64,000 nt of DNA from Myxococcota bacterium (GCA_965247115.1 CBDFGR010000003.1:1-64000), one strand, 5' to 3'; positions 37,983 through 48,419 are shown, counted from the stretch's first letter. Numbers and translations are program-made. The notes: generated from the letters alone by a model not told the origin.

Positions 37983-38536
37983 CGGCGGACCGGACGATCG
38001 TGCCCGATCATCTGCTGGACGGCCTGACGCGACACCCCCAGCAGGCGTCCCGCGGCACTGCGGTTTCCCCCCGCCAGGGCAAGCGCCTGGTCGAGCATCA
38101 CCTGGCGCACGCGCTGCTGAACCTCGCGGATCGGGGTCATCCCCACGTTCCGAACCACCTGAGCTTCGAACGCTGGCGGATCCTCGAGCGCTGAGTCGAT
38201 CGCGGTGCGCAGGCGTTCCAGCGAGAAGGGCTTGGTGACGTACCAGTGAACGCCTAGCCGCGCGAGCTCGAACGCCTCTTCTGTCGTGGCGAGGCCGCTG
38301 ATGGCGATCACCTTTGGAGCCGGTCTCATCTGGCTCGCGAGACGCGCGAGCTCGACGGCGCTTCCGTCCGGCAGGTGCACATCGAGCAAGACAAGCGGCG
38401 GCTTTGTCGCGAGCAGCTCGCGTGCCTTCGACAGCGTGTCTGCCCGAAGCACGTCGAAGCTCCAGCTTTCCGCAGCCCGCGCCAGCAGATCGCCAACCTG
38501 TGGATCATCCTCGACGATCAACACTCGCTGGGACAC
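37979..38536 (-). CDS. Response regulator, REC plus Fis-type HTH (RegA/PrrA-like architecture)
   Basis: LIVEDD, LLDVHLPDG, KPF, GGNRSAAGRLLGVSR. Confidence 0.92.
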   Translation of the reverse strand: MSQRVLIVEDDPQVGDLLARAAESWSFDVLRADTLSKARELLATKPPLVLLDVHLPDGSAVELARLASQMRPAPKVIAISGLATTEEAFELARLGVHWYVTKPFSLERLRTAIDSALEDPPAFEAQVVRNVGMTPIREVQQRVRQVMLDQALALAGGNRSAAGRLLGVSRQAVQQMIGHDRPVRR

Positions 38537-38595
38537 ACTTCACCCCCGAGACCACCAAAGGTAGCGGCCGGCGCGGACAGGACCAGTTTTCGAGT

Positions 38596-38632
38596 GCAAG
38601 CAACCTTGCGCTCTGGCGGCAAGCCCGCTTGC
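38596..38632. promoter_or_regulatory. Two GCAAG-N4-CTTGC palindromes 23 bp apart
   Basis: gcaag-caac-cttgc (38596-38609) and gcaag-cccg-cttgc (38619-38632) between divergent genes. Confidence 0.7.
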
Positions 38633-38688
38633 ACTGGGTCCCGACCCCCGAGAGCGGTAGCTTGCCTTGCGAGGGGATCCCGGCGTCC

Positions 38689-39543
38689 ATGCTCGACCTA
38701 GCCGCGCTGACCGAGGCCTGCTACGACCTGGACCCACTGCCCGCGAGCGCGACGCGGCTGATGCGGCTCGCGGCAGAGGCCGACGCGGATGTCGAGGAGA
38801 TCGTCACAATCGTCACCTACGATCCCGCGCTCACCGCGCGCCTGCTTCGGGTCGCGAACTCCGTCGAGGCCGGCGGAGTGCGCCCCATCGCTACGGTTCG
38901 GGCCGCAGTGCTTCGACTCGGCATCGGGCTCGTGCTCGGTATCGCGCTCGGGTCTTCGGCTCGCATGCACCTCAGCGCAGCGTCGCACGAGTACTACATC
39001 CAGGAAGGAGAGCTCTGGCGGCACTCGGTCGCGGCCGCCATCGCCGGTCATCTCGCACGGAGTGTCGCCGCCGTCGAGCTCCCGCTCGAGTCCTTCACCG
39101 CCGCGCTGCTGCACGACATCGGCAAGCTCGCGCTCCTGCGACACATGACGCCGGAGGTCTTCCACGTCATGCAGCAGGCAAGGGAGCAGACGAGCCTCAG
39201 CCAGCTCGAGGCCGAGTCAGAGATCCTCGGAATTCACCACGGTGAGCTCGGCGGCTTGATCGCACGGCACTGGCGCTTGCCGGAAAGGATTATCCAAGGC
39301 GTCACGCACCACCACGACCCGGCCGCGTGCGAGCAAGCCGAGGACAGCACGATCTGCTTCGTCGTGCACACCGCGGACCTGGTCGCAAAGCTCGCCGGTG
39401 CCGGAGTCGGCGAGGACGAGGCCGCCGGAATCGAAGAGCCCGCTCTTGCCACCGGGCGACTGGGCATGAGTGGCGACGGGTTTGCTCAGCTCTGCGAGCG
39501 GGTCAAGGAGAACCTGGACGCCGTGCTGCACTGGTACGCGTAG
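38689..39543 (+). CDS. HDOD-domain protein
   Basis: DPALTARLLRVANS, LWRHS, LLHDIGK, HWRLP, HHHDP. Confidence 0.95.
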   Translation: MLDLAALTEACYDLDPLPASATRLMRLAAEADADVEEIVTIVTYDPALTARLLRVANSVEAGGVRPIATVRAAVLRLGIGLVLGIALGSSARMHLSAASHEYYIQEGELWRHSVAAAIAGHLARSVAAVELPLESFTAALLHDIGKLALLRHMTPEVFHVMQQAREQTSLSQLEAESEILGIHHGELGGLIARHWRLPERIIQGVTHHHDPAACEQAEDSTICFVVHTADLVAKLAGAGVGEDEAAGIEEPALATGRLGMSGDGFAQLCERVKENLDAVLHWYA

Positions 39544-39686
39544 GCTCCCTCGCCGACTGCCCCAGAGCCGCGCCAGGAAATCTCGCGAGACCTCGAGCGT
39601 GTCCTTGCACGGGCCGGCGAAGGTGCCCTCACACCGGACCCACTACAGTCCCAGTGGGACTATGATGGCGCCCGGAAGGATCCCGC

Positions 39687-41081
39687 TTGACCCAGGCCGC
39701 TCCCACAGAGCAGCTCCATGCACTCCGACTCTCTCCGGTCGAGCGCTGTCTGCGCATCTTCACAGACATCCGGCCCGGCGAGGGGCGTACCGGCCTGATG
39801 ATGTTCGCCAACGTGCTGCTCATCCTGTGCGCCTACTATCTTGTGAAGCCATTGCGCGAGGGATGGCTCGCCGTGTCTACGGTCGAGGGGCTGACAGCGA
39901 TGGAGCTCAAGGCCTACTCGAGCTTCGCGCAAACCGTGCTCCTGGTTGGTGTGGTCGCCGTGTACGGCCGGCTTGTAGGTCGCTGGTCGCGCAGCGTCCT
40001 GATCACACGCTCCACGCTGTTCTGCATGTCGAACCTGCTCCTCTTCTGGCCCCTACAGCCAGACTTCCTGATCGGAGTGCTGCCGGGTGTGGGGATCGTC
40101 TTCTACCTGTGGGTCGGCATGTTCGGCGTCTTCGTGGTGGCCCAGTTTTGGGCCTTCGCTGCAGACCTGTACGCGGAGGAGCGCGGGAAGCGCCTGCTCC
40201 CGATGATCGCCATCGGGGCTACCAGCGGCGCGGTTGTGGGAGCCTGGCTGACGGAGCAGCTCATTGCCTCTGGGCTGCTGCGCACAGAGAACCTCATGCT
40301 CGTGGCGCTGGTGCCGCTCACCGCTTCGATCCTGCTGACGCGCAGCGCCGACAGCAGAGAGGCGGACCGCGAGGTGGCAGCCAAGGCCGCGGCGCCGAAG
40401 CCGGAGACGGGGGGAGCCCTGCCCCTGGTACTCAGGACACGCTTCCTGCTGGTCGTTGCGGTGATCACCCTGCTGTTGAACTGGGTGAACACGAACGGGG
40501 AGAACCTGCTCTTCCGGGTCGTCCAGGAGATGCTCGCGCGCGACCTCGTCGGCATGGGGATCACGGGTGAGGCAGAGGTCGTCTCCTACCTGCGCGATGC
40601 CACCACCGTATTCTATGGGAGCTTCTTCTTCTGGGTGAACCTGCTGGCCCTGGTCATGCAGGCGCTGCTGGCGTCGCGTCTGCTCAAGTACGGTGGCTTT
40701 GGCGCGATCTTCCTGCTCCTGCCAGTGATCGCTCTGATCTCGTACTCGGTCATGGCGCTCGTTCCGATCCTGATCGTGGTCAAGTGGATGAAGGTGGCCG
40801 AGAACGCCACCGACTACTCGATCAACAACACGGCACGTCACGTGCTGTGGTTGCCGATGAGCCGAGAGGTCACGTTCAAAGCAAAACCCACCATCGACTC
40901 GCTCTTCGTGCGAGCGGGCGACGGACTCGCGGCACTGACCGTCCTGATCGGGGTGCGGGTGTTCACGTTCCCGCTAGAAGCCTACATGGTCGTGAACATT
41001 GCGCTGGTCGCCGCGTGGCTGGCGGGCGGGCTGTGGGTCGTGCGCCGCTACGCGACTCTCTCGGAGTCCGGGGCAGCGTGA
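39687..41081 (+). CDS. NTT/TLC-like (ATP/ADP translocase family) MFS transporter
   Basis: YYLVKPLRE, QFWAFAADLY, GKRL, DYSINNT, KAKPTID...RAGD. Confidence 0.85.
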   Translation: MTQAAPTEQLHALRLSPVERCLRIFTDIRPGEGRTGLMMFANVLLILCAYYLVKPLREGWLAVSTVEGLTAMELKAYSSFAQTVLLVGVVAVYGRLVGRWSRSVLITRSTLFCMSNLLLFWPLQPDFLIGVLPGVGIVFYLWVGMFGVFVVAQFWAFAADLYAEERGKRLLPMIAIGATSGAVVGAWLTEQLIASGLLRTENLMLVALVPLTASILLTRSADSREADREVAAKAAAPKPETGGALPLVLRTRFLLVVAVITLLLNWVNTNGENLLFRVVQEMLARDLVGMGITGEAEVVSYLRDATTVFYGSFFFWVNLLALVMQALLASRLLKYGGFGAIFLLLPVIALISYSVMALVPILIVVKWMKVAENATDYSINNTARHVLWLPMSREVTFKAKPTIDSLFVRAGDGLAALTVLIGVRVFTFPLEAYMVVNIALVAAWLAGGLWVVRRYATLSESGAA

Positions 41082-41132
41082 GCGGGGCGCCCTAGCTCGC
41101 ACGGTCGCTCTCGTATGTGCGACAATGCGCCC

Positions 41133-42314
41133 ATGAGTGAGCGAAGCATTCGTGGAAAAGTGGCCGTCGTCGGTGTGGGAGAGACTACGTACTACAAGCG
41201 CGGTCAGTCACCCGACCCCGAGTTCGTACTGGGACTGAAGGCGATTCTGGCAGCCTGTCAGGATGCCGGCATCGATCCACGCGAGATCGATGGCTTTGCC
41301 TCGTACAGCAACGACCGGAACGATCCGTCGCGCTTCGCGGCCGCCCTTGGGCTCCCCGAGCTGCGCTTCTCGAACATGCACTGGGGCGGCGGTGGCGGGG
41401 GCGGCTCCGCCGCGGTGGGAAACGCTGCGGCAGCCATCGCGGCCGGCTACACGAACTGCGTCGTCGTGTTCCGCTCGCTCGCCCAGGGCCAGTTCGGGCG
41501 GTTCGGGGCCGGCCCCCGGCGCGCCGCCGTCGCCGGGGAAGCAGCCCTGTCGCTGCCGTACGGGCTGATGTCCCCTGCCCAGTCGTTCGCGATGCGGGCC
41601 CAGCGGCTGATGCACGAGTTCGGCATCAAGCAGGAGGCGCTCCGGGCCATCTCCCTCGCCTCGTACTACCACGCGCAGCAGAACCCCCGCGCGGTCATGC
41701 ACGGGAGGCCGCTCACGGAGGAGTCGTACGAGAGCTCCCGCTGGATTGTCGAGCCCTTTCACCTGTATGACTGCTGCCTCGAGAACGACGGGGCGGCGGC
41801 ACTCATTCTCGTTCCGGCAGAGCACGCCCGCGACTTGCGCCAGAGGCCGGCGTACCTGCTCGGCGCTGCCCAGGGCTCCCAGCACCGGGCCGCCGCGGGT
41901 TCCCACAACAGCCCGGACTATGCGACGGCAAACTTCAAGACCCTGGCACCACGACTCTACGAGATGGCGAAGGTGCGCCCCGAAGACGTGGACGTGGTGC
42001 AGAGCTACGAGAACTTCACGGGCGGCGTGGTGATGAGCCTGATCGAGCACGGCTTCTGCAAGCCGGAAGAGGCGAACGAGGTCCTCCAGTTCGAGAACCT
42101 CCGGGCGCCCGACGGGCGCCTGCCGCTGAACACGAGCGGCGGCAACCTGGCCGAGTGCTACATGCACGGGCTCGAGCTGCAGGTCGAGGCGGTGCGCCAG
42201 ATCCGCGGCACCTCACCGAACCCCGTACCGGACGTGAACGTCTCGCTGGTCGGCTCAGGACCCATGGTGACACCGCTCAGCAACATGATCCTCGGCTCCG
42301 AAGCGGCGCTCTGA
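41133..42314 (+). CDS. Thiolase-like (SCP2/Ltp type) protein
   Basis: VGVGET, DCCLENDG, NTSGGNLAE. Confidence 0.9.
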   Translation: MSERSIRGKVAVVGVGETTYYKRGQSPDPEFVLGLKAILAACQDAGIDPREIDGFASYSNDRNDPSRFAAALGLPELRFSNMHWGGGGGGGSAAVGNAAAAIAAGYTNCVVVFRSLAQGQFGRFGAGPRRAAVAGEAALSLPYGLMSPAQSFAMRAQRLMHEFGIKQEALRAISLASYYHAQQNPRAVMHGRPLTEESYESSRWIVEPFHLYDCCLENDGAAALILVPAEHARDLRQRPAYLLGAAQGSQHRAAAGSHNSPDYATANFKTLAPRLYEMAKVRPEDVDVVQSYENFTGGVVMSLIEHGFCKPEEANEVLQFENLRAPDGRLPLNTSGGNLAECYMHGLELQVEAVRQIRGTSPNPVPDVNVSLVGSGPMVTPLSNMILGSEAAL

Positions 42315-42754
42315 TGGCCGGCTACCTTCCCGAAGGACTGCCGGCGCCCGCCCCGCTACCCGATGGTCTCGACGCGGCGTACTGGGAGGGAACCCGCGCA
42401 CATGAGCTCCGGGTGCAGGAGTGCAGCGCGTGTGGAGGGTGCCAGTGGGGGCCAGAGTGGATCTGCCACAAGTGCCTGTCCCTCAAGCTGGGATGGAAGA
42501 CGCTCGAGCCCTGGGGGAGGATCTACAGCTGGGAACGCGTCTGGCACCCGGTCCACCCTGCACTCAAGGATGGAGTGCCCTACGTCGTGGTGCTGGTCGA
42601 GCTCCCGCAGGCGGATAGCGTTCGCATGATCGGAAACCTCGTCGGTGACCCCGAGCAGCCCGTCCCGATCGGTGCGGAAGTCGAGCCTGTCTTCGAGGAC
42701 CACGACGACTCGGACACTCCGTACACGCTCGTGCAGTGGCGGATCCGCGAGTAG
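42314..42754 (+). CDS. DUF35 Zn-ribbon/OB-fold partner protein
   Basis: QECSAC, ICHKC, PYVVVLVEL; coupled to the thiolase. Confidence 0.9.
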   Translation: MAGYLPEGLPAPAPLPDGLDAAYWEGTRAHELRVQECSACGGCQWGPEWICHKCLSLKLGWKTLEPWGRIYSWERVWHPVHPALKDGVPYVVVLVELPQADSVRMIGNLVGDPEQPVPIGAEVEPVFEDHDDSDTPYTLVQWRIRE

Positions 42755-42774
42755 CGAGCCGCATCCAGAGCAGC

Positions 42775-43767
42775 ATGGAAGAAGTACTGCCGCGCCTGTA
42801 CCGCGTCGTCGTCCCCCTTCCCGACAATCCGCTCAAGGAAATCAACTCCTACATCCTCACCTCCGACGACCGGAACCTGATCGTCGATACGGGCATGAAT
42901 CGCCCTGAGTGTCGAGAGGTGCTCGAGCGCGGTTTGCACGCGATAGGAGTCGACCTGGCACGGACCGACTTCATGGCGACGCATCTGCACTCAGATCACC
43001 AGGGGTTGATTCCCACGTTGAAGAGCGAGAGCTCGGACGCCTACATGGGTGAGCGCGACGCGCTCCAGATGAAGAGCGGCACGGGGCTCGGCTTTGCGGA
43101 CGGACCCATGGGCAGGTACGCGGCGCGCAGCGGCTTTCCGGCAGAGGAGCTGAACACCTCGCTGCAGGAACACCCCGGCCGCAAGTACGGGCCCGTGGGG
43201 GAGGTCGACTACATTCACCTGCGCGGGGACGAGGTCTTCGAGGTCGGAGAGTACCGGCTGATCAGCGTCTCGACGCCGGGACACACGGATGGGCACATGT
43301 GCCTGTACGAGCCGGAGAAGAGGCTCCTGCTCTCTGGCGATCACGTCCTCGGAGACATCACCCCCAACATCCAGGCGTGGTCCGACGAGAACGACCCTCT
43401 GGACATGTACCTCCAGAGCCTGGAGAAGGTCCTCGGACTGGAGGTGGAGCTCTGCCTTCCCGGCCACCGCGGCTTCATCACAGACTTCGGAGGCAGGATC
43501 GAGGAGCTCGTGGAGCACCACCGAGCCCGGGCAAACGAGGTCCTGGACGTGCTGAAGGACCGGGCCAAGACCGCGTATCAGACCGCGGCCGGAATGAGCT
43601 GGCGCATCCGGGCCAGATCGTGGGACGAGTTCCCCGTCATGCAGAAGTGGTTCGCGACGGGTGAGGCGATCGCCCACCTCCGCTACCTCGAAGAAAAGGG
43701 ACTGGCCCGGCGGGAGGAGAGGAACGACCAGATCTTTTACTCGGCGGAGGGCAGGACCAGGCTCTGA
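42775..43767 (+). CDS. MBL-fold metallohydrolase
   Basis: THLHSDH, TPGHTDGH, SGDH, LPGH. Confidence 0.92.
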   Translation: MEEVLPRLYRVVVPLPDNPLKEINSYILTSDDRNLIVDTGMNRPECREVLERGLHAIGVDLARTDFMATHLHSDHQGLIPTLKSESSDAYMGERDALQMKSGTGLGFADGPMGRYAARSGFPAEELNTSLQEHPGRKYGPVGEVDYIHLRGDEVFEVGEYRLISVSTPGHTDGHMCLYEPEKRLLLSGDHVLGDITPNIQAWSDENDPLDMYLQSLEKVLGLEVELCLPGHRGFITDFGGRIEELVEHHRARANEVLDVLKDRAKTAYQTAAGMSWRIRARSWDEFPVMQKWFATGEAIAHLRYLEEKGLARREERNDQIFYSAEGRTRL

Positions 43768-44396
43768 TGGACGAGAGCCGGCACGCGGTCATCCTGCTGG
43801 ATCTCGGCGGAGTCCTCTGGGACATCGGCGGTGGCGAGAGCTTCTTGCGCAGGCTGGGCTCGCGCTTGAGCCGCGCTGAGGAGTTCGACTTCTGGTCTCG
43901 CTCTGGCTGGCTGGAGCGCCTCGACGTCGCCAGCTGCACACTCCACGAGTTCGCCACGAGCTTGATCACAGAGCTCCAGCTCTCTGCGCAACCCGAGCGC
44001 GTGCTTGCGGAGCTGGCGAAGGTCGACCGCGGCTTGTTCCCTGGTGCCATGGAGCTCCTCGACGCCCTGCGCGGCCGGTACCTGCGCGCCTGCCTGAGCA
44101 ACAACAACGAGCTCCACTGGGAGCGGCTGCAGGCCACGGGAATCGAGGGCGGCTTCGAACGCTGCTACCTCTCGCACCAGATCGGGCTCCGAAAGCCCGA
44201 TCCCCGCGTGTTCCAGCACGTGGTCGAGGATCTGGGCGTAGCGGCCGAACGGATCCTGTTCCTCGACGACCGGGCCGAGCACGTCGCGGCCGCGGCGGCA
44301 CTCGGGCTCGACGCCCATCGGGCAATCGGCGTCGCGGGAGTGAGAGAGGTGCTCGTGTCCCGGAACGTCCTCCCCCCGCCTACGCCCACCCCTTGA
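43767..44396 (+). CDS. HAD family phosphatase
   Basis: DLGGV, LSNNN, RKPD, FLDD. Confidence 0.9.
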   Translation: MDESRHAVILLDLGGVLWDIGGGESFLRRLGSRLSRAEEFDFWSRSGWLERLDVASCTLHEFATSLITELQLSAQPERVLAELAKVDRGLFPGAMELLDALRGRYLRACLSNNNELHWERLQATGIEGGFERCYLSHQIGLRKPDPRVFQHVVEDLGVAAERILFLDDRAEHVAAAAALGLDAHRAIGVAGVREVLVSRNVLPPPTPTP

Positions 44397-45585
44397 GCAT
44401 CAGGTTCCAGTACATGAACGAGAGCCCGTAGCGCTTCAGATACCACATGTCGCGCCGCTCCTTGATCGTGTTGATCAACGGGATCGAGGGCTTCGGCGTC
44501 AGCGTGTAGTCGAACTCGGCGAGGAGCATCTTGTTGCGGGCGGTTGTGAGCGGGCAGGACGAGTAGCCCTCGTAGCGGGCCTGCGGCTCCTTGCCATCCA
44601 TCACCGCGAGAAGGTTGCTCACGACCACGGGAGCCTGGCTGCGGATCGCGGCCCCGGTCTTGGAGTTCGGAGAGCCTCCGGCGTCGCCGAGTGCGAACAC
44701 GTTTGGCCAGCGCGCGTGCTGCATGCTGAACTTGTCGATGTCGACGTACCCCGGGGGCTCCTTCGTGGCCAGCGGGCTCTTCTTTAGCCAGTCCGGGGGG
44801 CTCTGCGGGGGCACAGCGTGCAGCACGTCGTAGCCCAGCGTCGAGGTCTCCTCGGCATCGTTCTGCCGATTCACCAGCGTGACCTGCTTCGTGCCGGGGT
44901 CGACGGCGGTCAGCTCGGTCTTGAGCCGCACGTCGATCCCGTAGCGCTCGGCAACCCCGACCAGGACCGCAGCGAACTCGGGCACCGAGAACATTGCGGG
45001 AGTCGGCATGGCGAGCACGACGTGAACGTCCTTTAGGATGCCGAGCTGCTGCCAGTAGTGGGCCGCCAGATACGCGATCTTCTGCGGCGCACCGGGACAC
45101 TTGATGGGCCCGGCAGGCATGGTGAAGACGGCGGTTCCCCCGCGCAGCTCCTTCAGGAACTCCCAGGTCTTGGGCGCGAGGTCGTAGCGGTAGTTGCTCG
45201 AGACACCGTTCTGCCCGAGTGTCTCCCCCAAGCCCGGGATCCTGTCCCAGTCGAGCTGGATGCCCGGCGCTACGACCAGGAAGTCGTAGCCAAGCGTCTC
45301 GCCGCCCCGTGTCGAGACGCTGCGGTTGTCGGGATCCACCTCTATGGCCGCGTCGCGGATCCAGCGCACCCCCCGCGGGATCAGGTCGGCCTCGTTGCGC
45401 TCGCTCTCGGTATCTGGCGCACAACCACCCCCCACGAGCGTCCAGAGCGGCTGGTAGTAGTGCTTCTCCGAGGGCTCGATCACCGCGATGTCACTCTGGC
45501 CCGCTCTCCGCAGGCGCGCGGCGACGGTGATCCCGGCGGATCCCCCACCGATGATCAGGATCCGATGCTGGCTGCTGGCTGCCAT
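44380..45585 (-). CDS. sqr: Sulfide:quinone oxidoreductase, type II-like
   Basis: GGGSAG, HYYQPLWTLVG, IKCPGAPQK, KTGAA, YSSCPL, LLAEF. Confidence 0.85.
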   Translation of the reverse strand: MAASSQHRILIIGGGSAGITVAARLRRAGQSDIAVIEPSEKHYYQPLWTLVGGGCAPDTESERNEADLIPRGVRWIRDAAIEVDPDNRSVSTRGGETLGYDFLVVAPGIQLDWDRIPGLGETLGQNGVSSNYRYDLAPKTWEFLKELRGGTAVFTMPAGPIKCPGAPQKIAYLAAHYWQQLGILKDVHVVLAMPTPAMFSVPEFAAVLVGVAERYGIDVRLKTELTAVDPGTKQVTLVNRQNDAEETSTLGYDVLHAVPPQSPPDWLKKSPLATKEPPGYVDIDKFSMQHARWPNVFALGDAGGSPNSKTGAAIRSQAPVVVSNLLAVMDGKEPQARYEGYSSCPLTTARNKMLLAEFDYTLTPKPSIPLINTIKERRDMWYLKRYGLSFMYWNLMLKGWA

Positions 45586-45758
45586 TGTTTTCTCCCCCTG
45601 GCGTGCTCCCGGCGCGCCCACATCGTACACCCCCTCGGGCGGGACCGCGCCCCCGAATCACGCCCTCGACCGAGAGTACGCAGGTCCCTGACGTCAGGTT
45701 GCCGGCACGAGCTGCCGATATCCCTCCCGCGCCCATCCGAGCCAGGCACGGAGGAACC

Positions 45759-46160
45759 ATGAGACTGCGTACCCTCAGCTTGATACTGGCTGCCTCTACC
45801 ACGCTAATCGCGGGCTGCGTCGTCGTCCCGCGAACTCCAGTACTCCGGAGCCGAGTCCACACGGTTGGACCGCCACCGCAAGCGCCCGCTCACGGCTACC
45901 GCCACAAGCAGAGCTCGGGAGTGGAGCTCGTTTTCGACTCCGACGTCGCCGTTTACCTGGTGGTGGGACGCCAGCACTACTACTTCTCTGGCCGGAGGTA
46001 TCTGCGCATGCGGGGTGGCGTCTGGCAGGTCAGTCAACACCTAGAACACGGCTGGGCACGCCTGCCCGTCGAGAAGGTCCCGAAGCGACTCCGGAGCAAG
46101 CACGCCAAGCGGAAGGGACGACCCTGGCCGAGACACGTGCCCGCGAGCGCGCGTCACTAG
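45759..46160 (+). CDS. Basic lipoprotein, hypothetical
   Basis: Lipobox LIAGC; GPPPQAPAHGYR; good RBS. Confidence 0.75.
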   Translation: MRLRTLSLILAASTTLIAGCVVVPRTPVLRSRVHTVGPPPQAPAHGYRHKQSSGVELVFDSDVAVYLVVGRQHYYFSGRRYLRMRGGVWQVSQHLEHGWARLPVEKVPKRLRSKHAKRKGRPWPRHVPASARH

Positions 46161-46178
46161 CAGGGGCCGACTGGATGC

Positions 46179-48419
46179 TCAGTAGCGGAAGGTCCACCGG
46201 ACCTTGCCGGCCAGCTGCGTCTCGGTCGCGTCGAACCGGAGCTCATCGTCGCGCTCGAAGAACGAGTCGACGGCCAGCACCAGCTCGTTGCCCGGCTCGA
46301 CGATCCAGGTAAAACGGCTGGACCAGCCCAGCTCCTCACTCTCGTTGTCCCACTGGACGAGATTCGTCCATGACACGTCGGCGTTGAACGCGAAGTCGAG
46401 GTTGGCGCGCACCACCCGCGTCGTGAAGTCGCCCTCGGGGAGGCGGACCTGGAACTGCTCGTACTCGATACCCAGGAACACGTGCTCGCTCGCTCTCCAC
46501 TTGGCGTCGAGGATCGTGTCGAAGCGCGTCCCCGTGTAGAACTGACCGTAGACCAGCTCGACCCCTCCCTCGAGCGGGCGATTCCTCGAGGTGTGCAACT
46601 CGATCTTGTAGCGGTCCCAGCGGTAGTGGTCCTTCGGGATGATGATGCCCAGCCGGATCTCGAAGTCCTCGAGCAGGTCTTCGCGCACATAGTCGACGCC
46701 AATCCGGAAGCGGTCGCCGATGTCGGTCTGGATCATCACCGGATAGAACGCGAGCTTCATGCTCTGGAAGTCGTTGTCTGTGGCCGTGACGAGTCTGCCA
46801 CCGAGCTGGATGTCGATCGTCCGGAGGAGCCCGGCCATGCGCCAGCGACGGCGGATGCGTCCTTCGTAGTCGCGGATCGCCCTGCGATTCGCGAAGCCGA
46901 GCGCGGGATTGAAGTTCTCCTGGATCTCGGTGGCGTGCCCCTCCCAGTTCCACTTGTCGTTCGGATACTGGAGCGAGGCGCCGAAGGCACCTTCCTTGTC
47001 TTTGAGTCCCGAGGACGAAGTCTACTGTCCCCACGCCGAGCCCTGCAGGATCTTGTCGCCGAGGAACCGGACCGTGCGGTAGTTGAAATCCGCGCCGAAC
47101 AGCTTGTTGTGCTTGTTCTCGGCGGGATCTCCGTAGGTCATGATCAGGCCGACGCTCGACTCCTCCAGAACGTTGAGCGTCGCTCGCCCGACCGTGAGCC
47201 ACTTTCCCTCCGCGTCAACGAAGGTGTCGTCCGCGACACTCCCCGCCGTGTATCCCTCGATGCGGGAGCTCAAGAACCCGACGTTCAGGGGGCCGATCCG
47301 TCCCGTGAGCTTCTCTCCAAAGCGGATCGCCAGGGGCCCGTCCTCGGAGAGCCCGATCTGCCGCGAGAAGAAGGGCTGGCCGTTGACCTTTTGGGGGGCG
47401 AACGGCCGAAAGCGCCCGAAGTCCGCGAAGCGGAAGATGCCCGCGTCCTGAAGGAAGAAGTCGCGCTGCTCAGGAAAGAACAGTGAGAAGCGTGTCAGGT
47501 TCGCGAGACGCCGGTCGGGCTGCGCCTCTGTGAAGTCAGTGTTCGTAGTCAGGACGTTCGTGAGCTCGGGCGTGATCTTGTAGAAGACGTCGAGGGAGGC
47601 TATCCCCTGGTTGCTGACGTTGCTCCCTGCGTTATCTCGCGTCTGGCGAAGCGTGTACGCCGGAATCGCGTCGAGACCGATGCCCTGCTCCAGCCCACGG
47701 AGCCCATCCAGGTGGCCGAAGCGAGCCACGTCGAACAGGAACACGTTCTGGAGCGGGAAGGCCCACCGCCCAGTCTGGTTCTGACGCGCGACGCCGCGAA
47801 AGAGGTTGAGGCCCCAGACTCCCCTTCCCTCCTCGGGGAAGTTGAGGCTCTTCATCGGGATCGCGATCTCGACGACCCAGCCGCTGTCAGTCATACGCGA
47901 CTCGGCATCCCAGATCGCGTCCCACTGACTGTTCACGCTTCCGCCGTCCTCGATCAGAGCATCCCAGCGCGCGCCGTTCGGGTTGACCTGGAACGCGTAG
48001 CCGGTGCGTCGCTCGTAGAAGGTGTCGAGCATGACCATGATGCGGTCGTCGCTTCGCAAGTCCGCGTCACGACGGAGCGCGGTCCTCACCACCGCCGCGG
48101 GATCGTCAAAGCACGTGAACCCGAAGTAGATCGCTTCTTCGTCGTACAGGATGCGGACGACGGTGGGCTGGCGCAGCGGCACACCGGCGATCGGCTCGGT
48201 GACGCGAAAGTCCTCCACGACCGTCGCGTCGCGCCAGGCCGGCTCGTCCAGCACGCCGTCGATGACCGGGGCCTCGTCCGTCCGTCTGGCCGTGACACGC
48301 GGCCCCTCATCAAGCTCGGCCTCGGGGTCGAAGCCCTCCTGCGCCAGAGCCGGCCGCGGGTGAGCAAACGCGCTCACAAGCAGGGCGAAGAGGCAGATCG
48401 AGAGCCGGGTCGCAGTCAC
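46179..48419 (-). pseudogene. CBM9-like plus DUF5916 secreted/outer-membrane protein with one in-frame TAG
   Basis: PVIDGVLDE, GWVVEIAIP, NLTRFSLFFPEQRDFF; ORFs 47022..48419 and 46179..46838 share a frame and the gap reads openly (ENFNPALGF). Confidence 0.85.

Noticed and set aside
42775..45585. SQR plus persulfide dioxygenase sulfur-oxidation cluster
   Set aside because: The MBL protein is on the opposite strand in a thiolase operon and does not look like ETHE1/PDO; no rhodanese present
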